Shown here: in pieces, positions 63,400-64,000 of the stretch
Numbering within the stretch: position 1 is the stretch's first letter
How the letters are laid out: each line of letters starts with the position of its first letter
Source: Microgenomates group bacterium ADurb.Bin219
Lineage (GTDB): Bacteria > Patescibacteriota > Microgenomatia > UM-FILTER-40-11
Length of the DNA stretch: 64,000 nucleotides
NCBI GenBank assembly: GCA_002069945.1
Contig: MWCH01000001.1
Location: 4,252 to 68,251 of the forward strand
Direction of reading: 5' to 3'
Program-made: the position numbers and the translations under genes
The notes under the pieces: generated by a model
Databases searched by the model: none
Told to the model about the DNA's origin: nothing
What the model saw: only the letters and a program-made list of their open reading frames with translations

Positions 63400-64000
63400 C
63401 TACTCTCTTTTGCTCTTTGTGCTTTGAAAAAGGACCCTCGGTTTGCCGGGGACAAAGTGGTGGTCGGGGCAACGGGCGGTATAACTTTCCTCGCCGCCGA
63501 CCAGGATAATCGGGTCATCAAAATTGGCCGGTTGGCCGTTAATTAACCTTTGGGTTCTAGTGGCCGGCCGGCCGCAGATCTTGCCGTCCTGTTCAAATTT
63601 ACAGATCGCCTGGAGCCGGGTAATCTGATCGGCCAGGGTCAACAAAACCGGCATTTGACCGAAAGGCTCGCCGCGGAAGTCGGTCGGCAGACCGGCGACA
63701 ATAACCTGGATATTCTTTGCCAAAAGAGTTTTGACTACCGGAACAATATTTTCGTTGAAGAATTGAACTTCGTCAACGGCAACAAATTTGGTATCCGGTT
63801 TAAGAAAGCCAAAAAGTTCCTCGGGTTTTTCTATCGGCAGGCCGGTTGCCGGCAACTCAATATGGCATTCAAATCCGTTATCGCTTTGGGGATGGACGAC
63901 GATTTTATCCGGTTTGCCGTAGCGTTGGTCAATGGAAGCTTTAAAAGCCTGGCCTTTTAGGGAAGCGTGGCGGTTTAAATCAAATAAACGGACCAGCTCC
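63400..64000 (-). CDS. tdk: Thymidine kinase, 3' portion; the gene continues past the window end
   Basis: The sequence has VDEVQFF, the zinc-ribbon motifs CKFEQDGKICGRPATRTQR and YTARCPDHH. My translation upstream of the track ORF stays in frame to the window edge. Confidence 0.8.
   Translation of the reverse strand, partial: ELVRLFDLNRHASLKGQAFKASIDQRYGKPDKIVVHPQSDNGFECHIELPATGLPIEKPEELFGFLKPDTKFVAVDEVQFFNENIVPVVKTLLAKNIQVIVAGLPTDFRGEPFGQMPVLLTLADQITRLQAICKFEQDGKICGRPATRTQRLINGQPANFDDPIILVGGEESYTARCPDHHFVPGKPRVLFQSTKSKRE

Noticed and set aside
63550-63960. 136-aa plus-strand ORF
   Set aside because: It is antisense to tdk, which has diagnostic zinc-ribbon and VDEVQFF motifs.
1-64000. Search for CRISPR arrays, rRNA and tRNA genes
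   Set aside because: I saw no regularly spaced direct repeats of 25-40 nt with unique spacers. No intergenic gap is large enough for rRNA. I spotted no GTTCGAATC-type T-loop in the few gaps over 100 nt. A tRNA could still be missed by eye.

Overview
This window is a dense, low-GC bacterial chromosomal segment with almost no non-coding space. Its gene content suggests a small-genome Patescibacteria/CPR-like organism, though that is inference only and cannot be confirmed without a search. The evidence is many membrane glycosyltransferases, paralogous surface-protein families, two intein/Hint insertions and a short-form hrcA-grpE-dnaK-dnaJ operon. Coordinates I derived by counting bases may be off by 1-2 nt. 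Core genes I could support by motif reading: metG (5' partial, HIGH/KMSKS), an RmuC-like protein, two UvrD-family helicases, two tandem FemAB-family genes, an LCP-family protein, MurJ, a CIRCE-like element with the hrcA-grpE-dnaK-dnaJ operon, an OmpR/histidine-kinase two-component pair, a MacA/MacB-like ABC efflux triad and tdk (3' partial). The larger of the two helicases carries a 363-aa intein inside helicase motif III and a C-terminal Cas4-like Fe-S PD-(D/E)XK nuclease. Accessory content falls into five groups. (1) A glycosylation island holds a HAD hydrolase, a GT4 enzyme, a methyltransferase, three GT-C/PMT-like membrane glycosyltransferases, a DUF2298 'YYY' protein and an FAD oxidoreductase. 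(2) Four paralogous membrane proteins share the architecture N-terminal TM + FN3/purple-acid-phosphatase-N-like domain + carboxypeptidase-regulatory-like region; they are clustered with cysteine-rich Thr/Pro-linker secreted proteins and a PilN/PilO-like pair. (3) A three-gene operon encodes an FN3 protein ending in a dockerin, a cohesin-like membrane-anchored protein and a clan GH-A (GH39-like) hydrolase. (4) A roughly 1700-aa alpha-2-macroglobulin-like protein (thioester CVEQ) is interrupted by a 128-aa Hint/BIL-type mini-intein-like domain and is translationally coupled to a MEMO1-like gene. (5) Several short AT-rich and purine-rich sequence motifs recur across the small intergenic regions. 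I found no CRISPR array, rRNA or tRNA by eye, and motif spotting for tRNAs without tools is unreliable.
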